45,511 nucleotides of DNA from Chiloscyllium plagiosum (Eukaryota). Of the stretch, positions 11,944 through 24,400 are shown in pieces. The position numbers and the translations under genes are program-made. The DNA is taken from contig NC_057753.1 in assembly GCF_004010195.1 (NCBI RefSeq), positions 8,403,309-8,448,819 of the forward strand, in the 5' to 3' direction. The notes beneath the pieces are model-generated. The model saw only the letters and a list, made by a program, of their open reading frames with translations, had not been told where the DNA came from and did no database searches. Position 1 is the stretch's first letter. Each line of letters opens with the position of its first letter.

Positions 11944-12953
11944 GTTATTGTTAGCCTGTTCGCTGAGCTGGTAGGTTTTATTGGCAGACCTTTCATCCAC
12001 TTATTAGGTGACATCCTCAGTGCTGTGTTGCCTCCAGTGAAGCGTTGCTGCACCGTTCCTCTTTGAATTTATGTGGTTCTGTTTGAACGGTTTTCAGTTG
12101 GTGCCAGTTCCGGTTTTTCATTGCAGTGATTTCTATATTGTGTGCAGGTCAATATGTTGATGGAGTCCGAGGATGAATACCGTGCTTCCAGAAATTCCCT
12201 TACTGTTCTTTGTTTAGCCTGTCCTATTGCTGTGTTGTTCCAGAGAAACTCGTGATTCTTGTTGTTCATATTATGCATTCCAGGGAGTATTGGCTGTTTC
12301 GCTTATTGTTCATTGGTGTTCATGGATGCGGGGTGCTCGCTGTCTTCCCTTTTGGTCCTACATACTGCTTAGTATATTCGTTGAATGGGATTTTGCAAAT
12401 TATGTTCGTCTAGTCCTATATTCTGGTGACCCGCTGTCTGTGTGTGGCTGTCCGTTTGTGTGCTGTCAAGATCCCTCGTGATCGGAGCAGTCGAGTTGTC
12501 ACTTCCAAGATGTCTTTGAAGTATGGAAGAGTAGCCAGTCTATTGGGGCTTGTCTTCTCTTCTTGGTATTGCTTGTCCGGTGGGCATCTATAGACGAAAT
12601 TGTGGGGTATCCGTTTTTAGCAAAGACGTTGTACAGGTGTTATTATCTTTCTCTCCACAGTTCTGGTGTGCTGCAGTGTGTTGTTGCTCGTTTGAATAGT
12701 GTCTTCATGCAGTTACTCTTATGAGTGTTCGGGTGGTGGTTGTTATAGTTTAGGGTCTGATCAGTATGTTTCGCCTTTCTGTAAGCGTTTGTTGTGCATT
12801 CACCATTCGTGTCCTTGTAAACATTACATCTGGAAGTAGGAGTTGTTTTTCCGAATCAAACCGGAACAACACAGCAGCTCTTGACAGGAGACAACACAGC
12901 ACTGATGATGTCACCTAGTAAGGGGAAAAAACGTCTGCCAACAAACCTATCCA
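11944..12953 (-). mobile_element. Penelope-like element (RT C-terminus + GIY-YIG endonuclease + pLTR) with an inverted pLTR copy at about 12850-12953
   Basis: The reverse strand gives YRKAKHTDQTLNYNNHHPNTHKSNCMKTLFKRATTHC, NIICKIP..YVG and REFLEA. Hammerhead-like motifs occur at 11984-12023 (-) and about 12899-12937 (+). Confidence 0.9.
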
Positions 12954-13074
12954 CTTGATTGCAGACAACGGCGAATCCTACAAGCTCCCAAACTGCAGAA
13001 ATTCAGGAAAAAATCTTGAAATGCCAGTTATAGAACGTTCCAGCGAATGTCCATTTGAATGTAGGACAGTATAG

Positions 13075-13520
13075 CTCCTTCTATACCAGTGAAGATGACG
13101 GTTGCTCATCAGTGTGAATTCGCTGATGTGCCTGTAAGTGAGGTAACAGAGTGAATCCCTTTTGACAATAGATACAGGCGAATAGCTTCTTCTCAGTGCG
13201 GCTGCACAGACGTTTTCAACTTTGCTGGGGAAATGACTCCCTTTGCACAGGTCTCACGTTTCAATATTTCTCAAGTTGGTGCATGCACTTATGTTCTGAT
13301 AGATCAGATGATTGGTTAAATGGTTGTCCACACACGGAACACGTACACAATTTCTCTCCAGTGTGAACACTGTTATTTCCTTCCATGTTACATACCCAGT
13401 CGGTATCTGATGTCAACATGGTGCATAACCTTGTAACATACTGATGCACTGTTTGGTTTGGAGGTTTGTGACTGCAAATCCTCACATACTAAGTTCATGT
13501 GAAATTGGTTTAAAACAGAA
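13075..13520 (-). pseudogene. Decayed C2H2 zinc-finger gene exon (about 3 fingers) inside the GPCR intron
   Basis: [29 protein letters not shown], then a stop and frameshifts, then FACIYCQKGFTLLPHLQAHQRIHTDEQP. Confidence 0.85.
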
Positions 13521-13536
13521 AGAAGAGTGAATATAT

Positions 13537-14030
13537 GAAACATAGAACAGTGCAGGAACAAATCCTTCAGCTGACGGGTTTGTGCCGAAGGTGACTCCAA
13601 ATTGAACTAATCTCTTCAACCTGCCCTTGGTATATCCCTCTCTTCATTGCATCTTCATGTGCTTTTAACAAAGTCCCTTAAACGCCACAATACCCTCTGC
13701 CTCAACCACGACCCCGGCAGCACGTTGCAAATTCTTACCACACTGTGTGCAAAATACTTGTACCTGCCATTTCGAATCAATCCCCCCATCTCCCCCAACC
13801 CGTTCTCTTTAAACGTTTCCCACCAAGTAGTAGACATTTAAACTCTGACAAAGAGATTATGACCTTTAACTCTGTCCATGAGTTCTATCAAGTTTCCCAT
13901 CAGCTTCCACCGCGGAGGAGAAAACAAACAGAATTTTCCTAGCCACTTCTTATAGCGAATAACCCAGGTAATATCCTGTTAAACGTCTTCTGGACACTCT
14001 CCAATGTGAAATCGTTCCTGTTATTATGTT
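13537..14030 (-). mobile_element. CR1 3' fragment with tail
   Basis: The reverse strand reads YFAHSVVRICNVLPG. The tail tgttctatgtttc is at about 13540. Confidence 0.85.
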
Positions 14031-15057
14031 TATGGAATACTCCGGAGAATGTTGGTTATTGAATGTTCAAGATAATATCAATTTTAGAAGATGACAGAGT
14101 CATACAGCTGTGCAAAACAAAAACCTTCCGTCCATCAAGCCTGTTGCAGTTCAAAGGAACCACCTAAACATGTTCCGATCAACAACTCCGGTTCAGGAAA
14201 ATGCCACATGATGAAGAGCAGAGATAGTTTGCTGCAATCACAGGAACATGTGACGACGATGCTTCAGTCAGCTATTCAGCATTTCAAAGCTGGTCTGATG
14301 TGTCCTGAGTTCCACATTCCTAACATTTTCTGACAACACTTATTTATTCGTTATTTATGAATCTGTCCCTTCGCACGTCAAAAATTTTCAATTCTTTGGC
14401 TCTCTGGGCAGAGTGTTCCAAAGACTCAGAACACTCTGAGAAAATAAAATAAATCACCTCATCTCTGTAGTAAGTCAGTTTTTGAAAGTTTCAGAGAGTG
14501 TCAGTTTTAGACTTTTCTGGATGATGTCAATTTTAGAAAGCTCCAGATAATGCTCCAAATAATTGTCAGGTTCAAAAAATGTTAGTCCCCCAGTATGTAA
14601 CACATAAGGGGAAGAAGGAGAGATTTTTTTCAAATCACACAGGATTAAAGTCCGTTACGACGTCAGTCAGACCTTCAAACCTGCTCCACCTTTCAATAAC
14701 ATCACCGCTGATGCGATTGTGGCCTGAGCTCAATATTACTGGAATTTTCATTCATTCAACAAACCCCCATTCCGCACCTTCCACACCCCCGCCTCGCCTA
14801 CCCCGTACACATTTTTATGGTTAATCATATCCAATCACAATGAGTAAATTCAGTTATTTTACTTGTCTCACCTTAGTGTATTCCGCCAAAGACATAATCT
14901 AAATATTCTCCAAATATAAAAATGCAATTCTAGTAGAGTACCTTTCTTCTGAGTCGTTACCTTGAATGCCATCAGACTTGCAGCTTCTTCATTACTATCA
15001 AAGTTTCTATTGTCCTTTGTCTTTTACTATTTCTGTCTACAGCAGTTACTCATCCTC

Positions 15058-15270
15058 CCATTCAGTTGAGTGGACGGCTGGCTTATAGTCGAAAGGGACA
15101 CCAACAGCTAAGATTCAATTCCCAAACTAATAGAGGTCACTATGAGCTTCCGTTTTGCTCAATCTCAACCCTACAAGAGGTGCTGTGATTCTCAGGTCGA
15201 ACCACCCCAATTTGTCTCCCCAGTTAGAAAGTAACCCATGGTCCTCTCAGAATATAGTTACATTAACACT
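15058..15270 (+). mobile_element. Degraded tRNA-derived SINE
   Basis: A-box-like cattcagttgag and B-box-like gattcaattccc. The body (ctcaggtcgaaccacc..ccatggtcctct) resembles a shark SINE recalled from memory. Confidence 0.5.
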
Positions 15271-15369
15271 GTTAGAATCTTTTAAAAAATATTCTCTACC
15301 TTATCATTTTCCATTGTATTTTTGAGTGTCTTGCAATCTACACTTTTATTTTGTATCACTGTTGGCATT

Positions 15370-17316
15370 TCTACCCAAACAACATAGGCCTGCACTCTCC
15401 CCAGTAATCTTTCCCTCCGTCGTTATGTATGAATCTATCAGCCTGTGTCTCAAATATGTCCAATTTTCCACCTCTAATGTTTGCTGGGGAAGAGAGTTCT
15501 GAAGTCTCACAACACTGTGAAAAGTGGAAATAAATCTCCTGATCTCTGTAATAGAGGATTTTGAAAAATAAAAACACTAAAATGTACACGTAGCTGCACT
15601 TTTATAAAGTACTTTTGGCTTCAACTGTATCCAGGACAAATATGAACACAGCCGGAGGACTGTGTAAGAAATTTTCTTTGTCTCCTTCCCTGGGAAAATA
15701 TATAATTATATTGGCAGCAGTTCAGAAATGTCTCACTTCACTTATTTCTGGGATGAATGCCTTATATTATGAAATTTTAACATATTAGAATGAAAGGTGA
15801 TCTTTTTCAGTCATACAGGATTTTAAGGACAGTGGATCAGGTGGATACTCTATAGTTGTTTGTATAGTCCAAACTTGTCATTAGGTTTTGCAACGTTCTT
15901 GAGGAATGTTAGTTCAGAAATAAGCCAGTTATTTTTGGCTAATAAAGTAAATTTGCCTGACTTCTTCCTCTCACTGAAACTGACCCAATCTGAGATCTAT
16001 GTCACCGGCCATATTATCGACCTTTCTACACATAACATTTATTCTGACCAGTGGTGTAGTGGGACTAGGAAAGGAAACAGTGACCCCTCTTTCCTTGGTC
16101 AGAACAGGGATGAAGAGAAATTCACAATGTGGTAATTCAGTCAACTGGGGTTTCTCTTTCCCAGACATTTATTTTGGCGGGATCTTTAAATTTTGAATCA
16201 AGGATAATGGGTTCGGACAGGAAAGTGTATTTGAGACTACAGTGAGATGAGCCAGAATCTTATTTGCTGGTGGAATTGTGTCAAAGGGACGAATGAAACA
16301 TAGTGTTCTTCTATCCTCTGTTGTGATGTTCCACTCAACACTTTGAACTGATTACACAGGAGCAGATCGAGGCCATATCGATGGTGAGATATAGGTTGGG
16401 AAAATGTTCTTGGAAAATCTAGGCTAGGTTAGGAATTGACCGCATCCCCCCAAATCCCGACTCAAAGGCTTCCCCTCCTGCAAATTCTGGTGCAGATGTT
16501 GGTCATGCTGTAAGCTCAATTCCACTGTTAATACAGGCCCCATACCTCACCCAAGGTTTGCACAAACAAATGGTCTGGCCTCCTTGAAGACATTGCCCAA
16601 CATGACTTACAGGGAAATAAATAGTTACTTTCCATTAACAGAACTTACGAACATAATAAATAGGAACAGAAGTAGACTATTCCAACACTCAAGCCTGCCT
16701 GCTCCCTTAATAGGAGCATGGCTCAACTGCTCAACGGCTCAACTCCACTTTCATGCGAACTCCTTATATCCATCGTTTCACCGAAATATGAAAAATCCAT
16801 CCACCTCATCTGTAAATAATTTCGGTGATCCAGCCTCCGCAACTATCTGGTTTAGGGAATTCCAGAGATTCACTACCTTCTGAGAAAAGAAAGTTTTGCT
16901 TATCATTTTTAAATCAACATCTGTTATACTGCATCTGTGTCTTCTCCGCCCAGCAGTGGAATATCTCCTCAAAATCCACCTTGTCAAGCCAAGTCGTTAT
17001 CTTGCATTTATTTGTAACGTCACTCCTCATTTACTTCAGTTGCAATGAATAAATACCGAACCTTTTTAGATGTTCTTGATAATTCATTACTTTCATCCCA
17101 GGAATCAGCTCAGTTACTTGCGACACTCGCATGCTAACTTTATGTTTCATACACAGGAAATCCCGTTACAGCATCTAAAAAGCAACTGGATGGGTATATA
17201 CATTGGGAGAGGTTAGAGGGATATGTGCCAACTGCTGCCATATTGAACTGGAGTATTCTGGCATGAACGAGTTGGACTAAAAAATCTCTTTCAGTGCTGA
17301 ACATCTCTATGACTCT
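15370..17316. mobile_element. Cluster of old CR1 fragments in both orientations (about 15370-15560 -, 15600-15870 +, 16070-16330 +, 16640-17110 -, 17150-17316 +)
   Basis: FFSQKVVNLWNSL (ORF 16778-16987), FSQCCE and a ctctatgactcta tail at 17305-17316. Confidence 0.7.
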
Positions 17317-17659
17317 AAATGCTGCTTCACTTGGAAGTTTATTTCGGGTCTTGGGAAATGAGGAGGGATGAGATGAACGGCACATGTTGTAGCTTCTGCA
17401 ATTCCTTACCTTTGCAGCCTGACCCCGTTATGACAGTTCTCCTTTTCTTCAGGCATTATTCCTCCCATTCTCCTAATTACCTTGTCTTGCACTCGTTAGA
17501 GATAGTCCATTTCCTCCATTCACAACTTATTCATACTGGTTTTGCACCTGTTTTTCTTTCAACATCAGTTAAAAGCCCATTTGTCTTTTGCACCGGGCCT
17601 CCACGCACTGTATCACGTCATCCCTCCTCCACCTCTGTCAAGGGATTGAAAGTTTATTT

Positions 17660-17920
17660 TTCAATCATTTTCAGTACGGACATGTCAGATTAGACTTGAA
17701 ACGTTATCTCTCTTTCTCTGTGTCCAGAGATATTGCCAACCTGTTGAGAATCTCCATTAATCCACAGGCACAGAACACATTGTCAAAAAAAAACAAAGAA
17801 CTGTGGATATTGGAAATCTGAAACATAACAAAATTGCTGGATAAATTGGGAGATTTGAAGAAGGGTGAGTGGACCCTAAAAATTAATTCTGTTTTCACTC
17901 CACAGGTGCCGCCTTTTTAA
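17660..17920. mobile_element. Degraded Penelope-like pLTR ends (a + copy at about 17680-17760 and a short inverted unit at about 17780-17920)
   Basis: gacttgaaacgtta..ccagagatattgccaacctgttgag; aaacaaagaactgtggatattggaaatctg followed by tgaagaagggt..gaccc. Confidence 0.5.
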
Positions 17921-18239
17921 TTTCTCTAGTAATTTACATTTTTTGAACAAGTTTTAAAGACATATATCAAAGAAGCTCAGACATCCTATCCAAAATGGAG
18001 CACCGGACACCAGGAAGTGAGATAGTGCAAGGTGCAACAATTAATTGGTTCTGAAAACACATAAGGCTGGCAACACAGCAACCGTAGAGGTCTTAAGCAT
18101 GGTCAAGAAGAAAAACAGAGGGAAACATATTCACTTTGGACACAGAAGATGGCACAACTGGAAGAGAAAGAGTTTAGATGAATATTACACAATTTTTGAG
18201 GAATGCGTAAATTGGAAGCTCGATACCATGGAGAGGCCC

Positions 18240-19640
18240 TCAGATAAATGCGAATATTAAGATGAAAATATTACAACATCAGAAACCACAGTATGTTACT
18301 AAGTACAGGGCAGATGGCTGAATGGGTTTTGGTATGAATTGGGGGGCAGGCAACAGAACTGCATTGCAGATATTGCAGCTCAAAGCTGGACATGCGTACG
18401 CTGCTGAAGACCACGCAGCACCAGAAGCGGAATCGTATTCAACAAAAATCTGTAACTTTTTGCGCAGGTTAATCCCTAAGTTTATATTGCCAGTAAGCCA
18501 ATCTGTGCTTCAGAGACGAGTGTGGGTGGACGTGCCAGAGTCGGATCCATGTTTAACTAACAATACTGGCAATCTATTAAAACTACCGAACTTGACTGCA
18601 TGCATTACAATAGCAAAACTAACATCTGAAAGGGAGGGCAAAATGATCCCAAGCTCAATAAATCAAATCTAAGTTTTGCAGTCCTGTCACATCCCGTAAT
18701 AAATGGCAATGGGCAATTAACAACTCACTGAACATGACGACTCCACAAATATCCCCATCCTAAATAATGGAATATCCCTGTATATCAGTGCAAAACACCA
18801 GGATATATTATTTGCATCATCCTCAGCCGGAAGAGTTGAGTTGGTGATCGACCTCACACTTGTCATGTTGTCCGCAGAATCACATATGCCAGTCTCCATG
18901 CAATTTGCTTCGTGGCACGGGACATCAAGAAACAGTTGAATACAATACATATGACAACAGCGACGGGTGTTGGCATCAATGCTGCAAAAGGATTTGCTAG
19001 TTGTGCTGCACATCAAGCCGTTGTCCGGGAACCCTGTTTCATTCCAACACCACCTTTGACATCTACCGCACTATGTGGAAAATTGTTCACCTATATTCAG
19101 TCGCCTAAGAGGAGCACAATTACTATCAGACTAATTGTCACATCACGATTGTCATATTGGTGGAAGTTATTTTTGATTTGGCTGCCAAACAGCACAGAAA
19201 TAACCTGCTCAATGTAGTTTTCTTAAGGTCTCCATCTGGACATGATGTTGTTTTTGCAATGTCACTGGATCAGTACTCCAGATCAGGATTATGGTATGGC
19301 AGCAGGTGGAAATTAAAAACAATTAATAGAACTTTTCGACATCAACTCTGGTGACAATAGTAGAGACCTTGAAGCCAATGTCGAATGGAAACACCAATTT
19401 ACTTCAGCAATGTATTTTCAGGAAGCCAATCAACTTCCCTTTTCTGGTCTAGCCTAAAAGTGACTCCGAGCACACAAGCATGTGGCGAACTATTTAGTGC
19501 TCTGTGAAACGGCAAAGCAAGACACTCAATTGTATTAAACTGCGCCGAAGACCTAGAAAGGACAGGACACTGGAACCAGCCCTGGTGTTGGAAAAGGGAA
19601 CAAGAAACCCAATCCTGTCGATTCTGCAGAGGCCTCCTTC
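18240..19640 (+). mobile_element. Heavily degraded LINE ORF2 of a second CR1/L2-group family
   Basis: NIPILNNG, ISAKH, RDIKKQLNTI and IYRTMWKIV correspond to the pre-RT region NIPILNDG..ISAKDKAE..RDIKK.L..IYP.MWKIA. Confidence 0.6.
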
Positions 19641-19689
19641 GTAACATTTGTTGTTTGCTCTCTGTTCTTTGATCTTGTTCTTTGTTGCC

Positions 19690-21370
19690 CTTTCTCGTCC
19701 CACATCTCCAGTTGATCAAAGCCCTGCTGCAATTTCGTATAATTTTCCTGATTGTCCACGTTGCTGCTAATTTTAGTGTCATCTGCAAACATTGCTAATT
19801 ATGCCTTGTACATTCTCAGCCAAATCGTTTATATAGAAACAGCAAGCAACAATGGGTCTAGCACTGAAACTTAAGGCGCATCACTAGTCACAAGCGTCCA
19901 GTGAGATACTACCCTCAAGCCAATTGTATATCCAATGTTCCACTTCCCCCTTGATCCATGCGTCCTACCCTTCCAGAGCAACCTACCATGTGGAATCTTA
20001 TCAAAAACCATACAGAAATCGATATAGGTTGCTTCTACCACCCTGCCCTCATCAATATTCCTGGTCATTTCACCTAAAAACTCGAACAAATGTGTGACAC
20101 ATGATTCCCCATGCAGAAAGCCATGCTGGCTACTTCTAATCAAACACTATCTTTCCAAATGAGTGTATATCGACTCCCTCAGAAACTTCTCAGGTAACAC
20201 CTCCCCTACTGTGATATCGACTGTCCTCAATACATCACTATTAACTTCCCCCGATTACCCAAGTCTCATGTCTTCCTTTACAGTAAAGAATCAGGAGAAA
20301 TGTTCATTTTGGACGTCGCCCATCTCCTCTGGTTCCACATATATATTTCCAATTTGGACATCGAGGGATCGTATTCTTTTCCCTGTAATATGCTTAAATC
20401 TCTTTGGATTTACCCTAAAGTTTCCAGCCAAACCTGTCTCGTGTTCCCTTTTCACTCGCCAGTTATTTTTCGTCATTAATCTTACGTATCTGCTGTGTAC
20501 GTCCAAGGGTTCCCTCGATCCAAGCTGCCCGTACTTGCATCATGCCTCCTTCTTGTTTTCTAATCAAAACCTCAATATCTTTTGTCATCCAGGGTTAAAT
20601 CCTCTTAACAACCTTCACCCTATTAGGAACATAGAGACTTTGGACTGTAGCTATCTCAGTTTTAAATGGCTCAAAGTTCCGGATGTATCATTTCCTGCAA
20701 ATAAACTGTTCTAATCCACTCTAAAATCTTCTGCCTAATTCCATCAAAATTAGCCTAGTCCCAATTTAGAGCTTCAACCCATGGACTAATTTTGTCCCTG
20801 TCCATAAATATTTTAAAATTAATAGAACTATGACAACTGGTCCAAAGAAATCTCTGCCACAGTCACCTCAGTCAGTTGTGCTGAACCTATTTCCCAAGAG
20901 AAGGTCGAGTTTTGCCCCATCCCAAGTGGGACTCTCTATATATAATTTATCAATTCTACCTCATCCAAGCCTTTAACCGCAGTCTATGATAGGAAGGTTA
21001 AAGTCGTCTACTATGACAACCCTGTTGTTTCTGCAAATCTCCCCTGTTAACATACATATTTGTTCCTTCAATTCCCGTTGACTGTTTGGGGGGCCTATAT
21101 TGGCATCCTGGTAATGTCACCATTCCCTTGTTACTTCTCAGCTCCACCCACTAAGACTCATTCGGTGAATCTTCACTGATTTTATCTCTGGTTACCTCTT
21201 TGATACTCGCCTTAATCGAAAATGCAACGCCCCCTTCGGTCTTGCTAACACCTCTATCCAGCCTGACCCATCTACCCTGGCACATTAAGCTGCCAGCACT
21301 ATCTCTGCCTTATCCGTATTTTGCATGGTTATAATATTCTAGTTCCATATACTTCGCCATTTTCCCTGTT
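19690..21370 (-). mobile_element. CR1 ORF2 (endonuclease to RT) with internal deletion, degraded
   Basis: IRSSQHGFLHGESCVTHLFEF..DFCMVFDKIPH (19871-20143), FADDTKI (19553-19792) and NPKRF (20291-20506). Confidence 0.9.
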
Positions 21371-21486
21371 GTTCCCTTTTAAATGGTCGAATTACATTTA
21401 TAAAATATCACTTATTCAGAATGGTTTCATGCCTTGACAGAATATTTTGAGAAAATAACTCTGTGATGACCAGTACAATTAATGTG

Positions 21487-21711
21487 AAGAAAGTGAGGAC
21501 TGCTGATTCTGGAGATCAGAGTCGAGAGTGTGGTGCTGGAAAAGCACAGCAGCTCAGGGAGTATCCGAGGAGCAGGAGAATCGACGTTTCGGGCGTATGG
21601 CGTTCAATGGAATCCTGATGAAGAGTCAGACCCGAAAAGTCGATTCTCCTGCTTCTCCGATGTTGTCTGACCTGCTGTGCTTTTTCCAGCACCACACTCT
21701 CGACACCGAGA
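21487..21711. mobile_element. Palindromic Penelope-derived mini-insertion (two inverted pLTR ends)
   Basis: Arms 21521-21593 and 21631-21704 are imperfect reverse complements. The flanks are TACAATTAATGTG and TACAATGATGTG. Confidence 0.85.
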
Positions 21712-21719
21712 TACAATGA

Positions 21720-23650
21720 TGTGTCTCTTAATGTTTCCTTTGAAATGTTAGCATGTTTTACATCATTTCGATCGGTTTAATCAGTGCTTGAATCAAATGT
21801 GTTTCAAACTACTGCATCATTACTAACATTGATGATTTTAGTCTTCAATTACACAAGTCTCATAGTCACTTGGAATTTCTGGCTGATATTCTGGATCTTA
21901 CTCTATGAAGATAAACACAAAGTAAGTGTTTTGTTTTCGTGCAATGTGTCTGTTCTCCACAATAAATTATTCTGTTCGTATACCCAGTATTCCAAATTTG
22001 GCTTTGCTTTTATTTTTCTTTCAAATATCGACAGAAGTTCCTCGGAAATCTATCTGTTCCCACATATTTTATATTCTTGTTCCCTTTTTGATTTTCTTAT
22101 CAAATTCCACACATTTCTCCACACATCTCTTACCACAATATCTGGCATTATCCTAAATTGCTTCTTTTGTTCGACTGCAATCTTTAAATTCTGTTGTCAA
22201 CCATCATTGAGTCACTTTTTCCGTTTGGTTTATTTCCTTTAAGGGATAAGTGTATATTACCTTTATTTGAGTGTTTTTGTAAACACCACTCATTGCCTGT
22301 CTTCCATTAAACGTTTGTCATGTATTTTATTTTTCAGTTTACTGAAGTCAATCTGCCCCTCATTCCACCGTGGTTTGCATGATTCAGATTTATAATCTTA
22401 TAAAGCGGAGGTTGATTCCCATATGAGAACTAAAATCGAGATATCCAAAGAGGAGAAAATCGCCTCATAATCCATAAAAGGAGTATGAGAAGTGATGTAA
22501 CCTGCTTTTCATCTACTCCTCGTGGCTAAATAAAATAAACGCTCAACACTCACTCTGAAATCAGCGGGCAACAGTTTATTTATCTAACTCTAACAGTGAA
22601 CAAATTAAACAAACTAATAACAAACATAATAAATCCCATCAAAATACTAACTGTTTAGGAATTTATTCTGCGCCTTCTCCATTGGTTCTTCTGTCAGGAA
22701 TATTCACTAGTTTTGTCATTGGTACAGTTGTTATTTAGATGATGCTTTTTCTAATACATAGTGGAGACTGTCAGAGCCCCAGATTCTCTCTTTAGCGCTA
22801 AGGACCGTCAGCTCTGAAAGTCGGCAACTAGCTCTGGGGTTTTTGTTTAACTGCCCCCTTCTTTTTATACCCCTGATGACATGTCAACTTCTGACAATAG
22901 GATTGGTGCTATGTTGTCAAAACACGTTTAAATTTAATAGGTTTTTGATACCTAAGATCTTGATTCAAATTGATTGGCTAAGTTAAAAAGCCTGTTGTTT
23001 TAGTAAAAATAAAACTGCCATTTGGCCCGCTAACTTAACGATCTTTCGAGACAAATGTTTCAATTCGGGTGCCCTCTGTGTACTTGCAAACTTTTAAGAG
23101 ACTGCTCACAGATATCCATTTTGAACCCCTAAGCACAGAAAAAGCACATGATCTTTTTAAAAAAAAGACGACGCAATGCTTACCCCAAGCACATTACAAA
23201 TTCCAAATTCTAACTTCCACACTCCCAATCTGCAAGTACTCCAGCCAACTTTGCAACAATAACCATAATTGAAAAACAAATACAAGAAAAACGGTTTGTA
23301 CTCAGATGTCACAGTAAGGTCAGCATACTATGATCACTACTCCTAAAAGCTCCTTCACAGCAAGATTGTCAATTCACTTCTCTGTGCCATATAACCAGTT
23401 CCAAACTGCCTCATTTGTCGCGTATTTCTCAACATATTGATCAAGAAACCATCTCATAAATGCTCATGAAATTCATTTTTACCAGCATTCACTTCGATTA
23501 ACACAATTTAGATGCAACTTGAATTTGTCCTTTATTATTGTTGTATCCGCAAACTTGCATACCTAATTTCCTGTTTTTTTTAATAACATGCCCAACCTTT
23601 GCATTGCTGTTTTGACTTATAAATACAGCTCCTATCAAAGTTTGCTTCGC
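21720..23650 (-). mobile_element. Old CR1 ORF2 N-terminal region, split by the solo LTR
   Basis: Weak reverse-strand CR1 endonuclease-region motifs, e.g. tatgatcact (SDH) at about 23330, comparable to tgtgatcact at 43252. Confidence 0.5.
22496..23313 (-). mobile_element. Solo LTR (Gypsy-like), 818 bp
   Basis: TGTAAC...GTCACA termini and a 4-bp flank GTGA/GTAA (3/4 match). On the minus strand TATAAAAA (about 22862-22869) lies upstream of AATAAA (about 22580). Confidence 0.65.
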
Positions 23651-24267
23651 GTTCAATCGAATCTGGTTGACACAGGCTCCGGGGAAACTAATGATATCTT
23701 CATGTTGGATGTTTGACGACGACTATGAGATTATATTGCCAGTTATTATTAGTTCTTCGCAAGCATCATTTTGACTTTTTTCACCAGATATTCCGTTCAA
23801 TCGGTGGAATAGAGAACTACAGTGACGTTTCATGACTGCTGTGCATTCCTCCAGATTGTTGAAACTGCAACTTAGCAAGGTATTTTTGCTGCTGTCCAGG
23901 ATTTTCGTGAATTCACGCTGGGGTAGTGTGCACAATTTTAATCTCCTCATTAAAGAGAGAATACTGTTACCTTGGACGCAGCTCAGAAGTTTTCACTACT
24001 GATTGCTGAAATGAAGGTGTTAACATATATTGAAAGGGTGATCAGATTGATTTTACAAGAATGAAAATGATCTTAGTTTTGCATAGAAGAAACTAACTGG
24101 TCAGTAACATAAACCAGTTGCATAGATTATGGAGAAATCCATCCGCTTCTCAGCTTATTTCGCAGGAACACCACAAGTATATTCAGGCTTTCGACCATGG
24201 CACACGAGAAGATAACAGGTCGAGGATATTCAGCCCCCGGATCCTGACATGCACTAATTGGAAGAAG

Positions 24268-24400
24268 AGAAAGTGAGGTCTGCAGATAATGAAAATCTGA
24301 TTTTAAAAAGTGTGATACTGGCAAAGCACAGTCGGTCGGGCAACATCCGACGAGCAGGATAATCGACATTCAGAGAATAATCTCTTCATCAAGAATGATC
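24268..24400 (-). mobile_element. Degraded Penelope-like pLTR end
   Basis: gaaagtgaggtctgcagat...gagcaggataatcgacatt..cttcatcaagaatg is homologous to 41194-41325. Confidence 0.75.

Noticed and set aside
20163..20714. 183-aa + strand ORF, and similar ones (34013-34516, 21784-22242, 36640-36984)
   Set aside because: These are antisense shadows of CR1 ORF2 or AT-rich chance ORFs.
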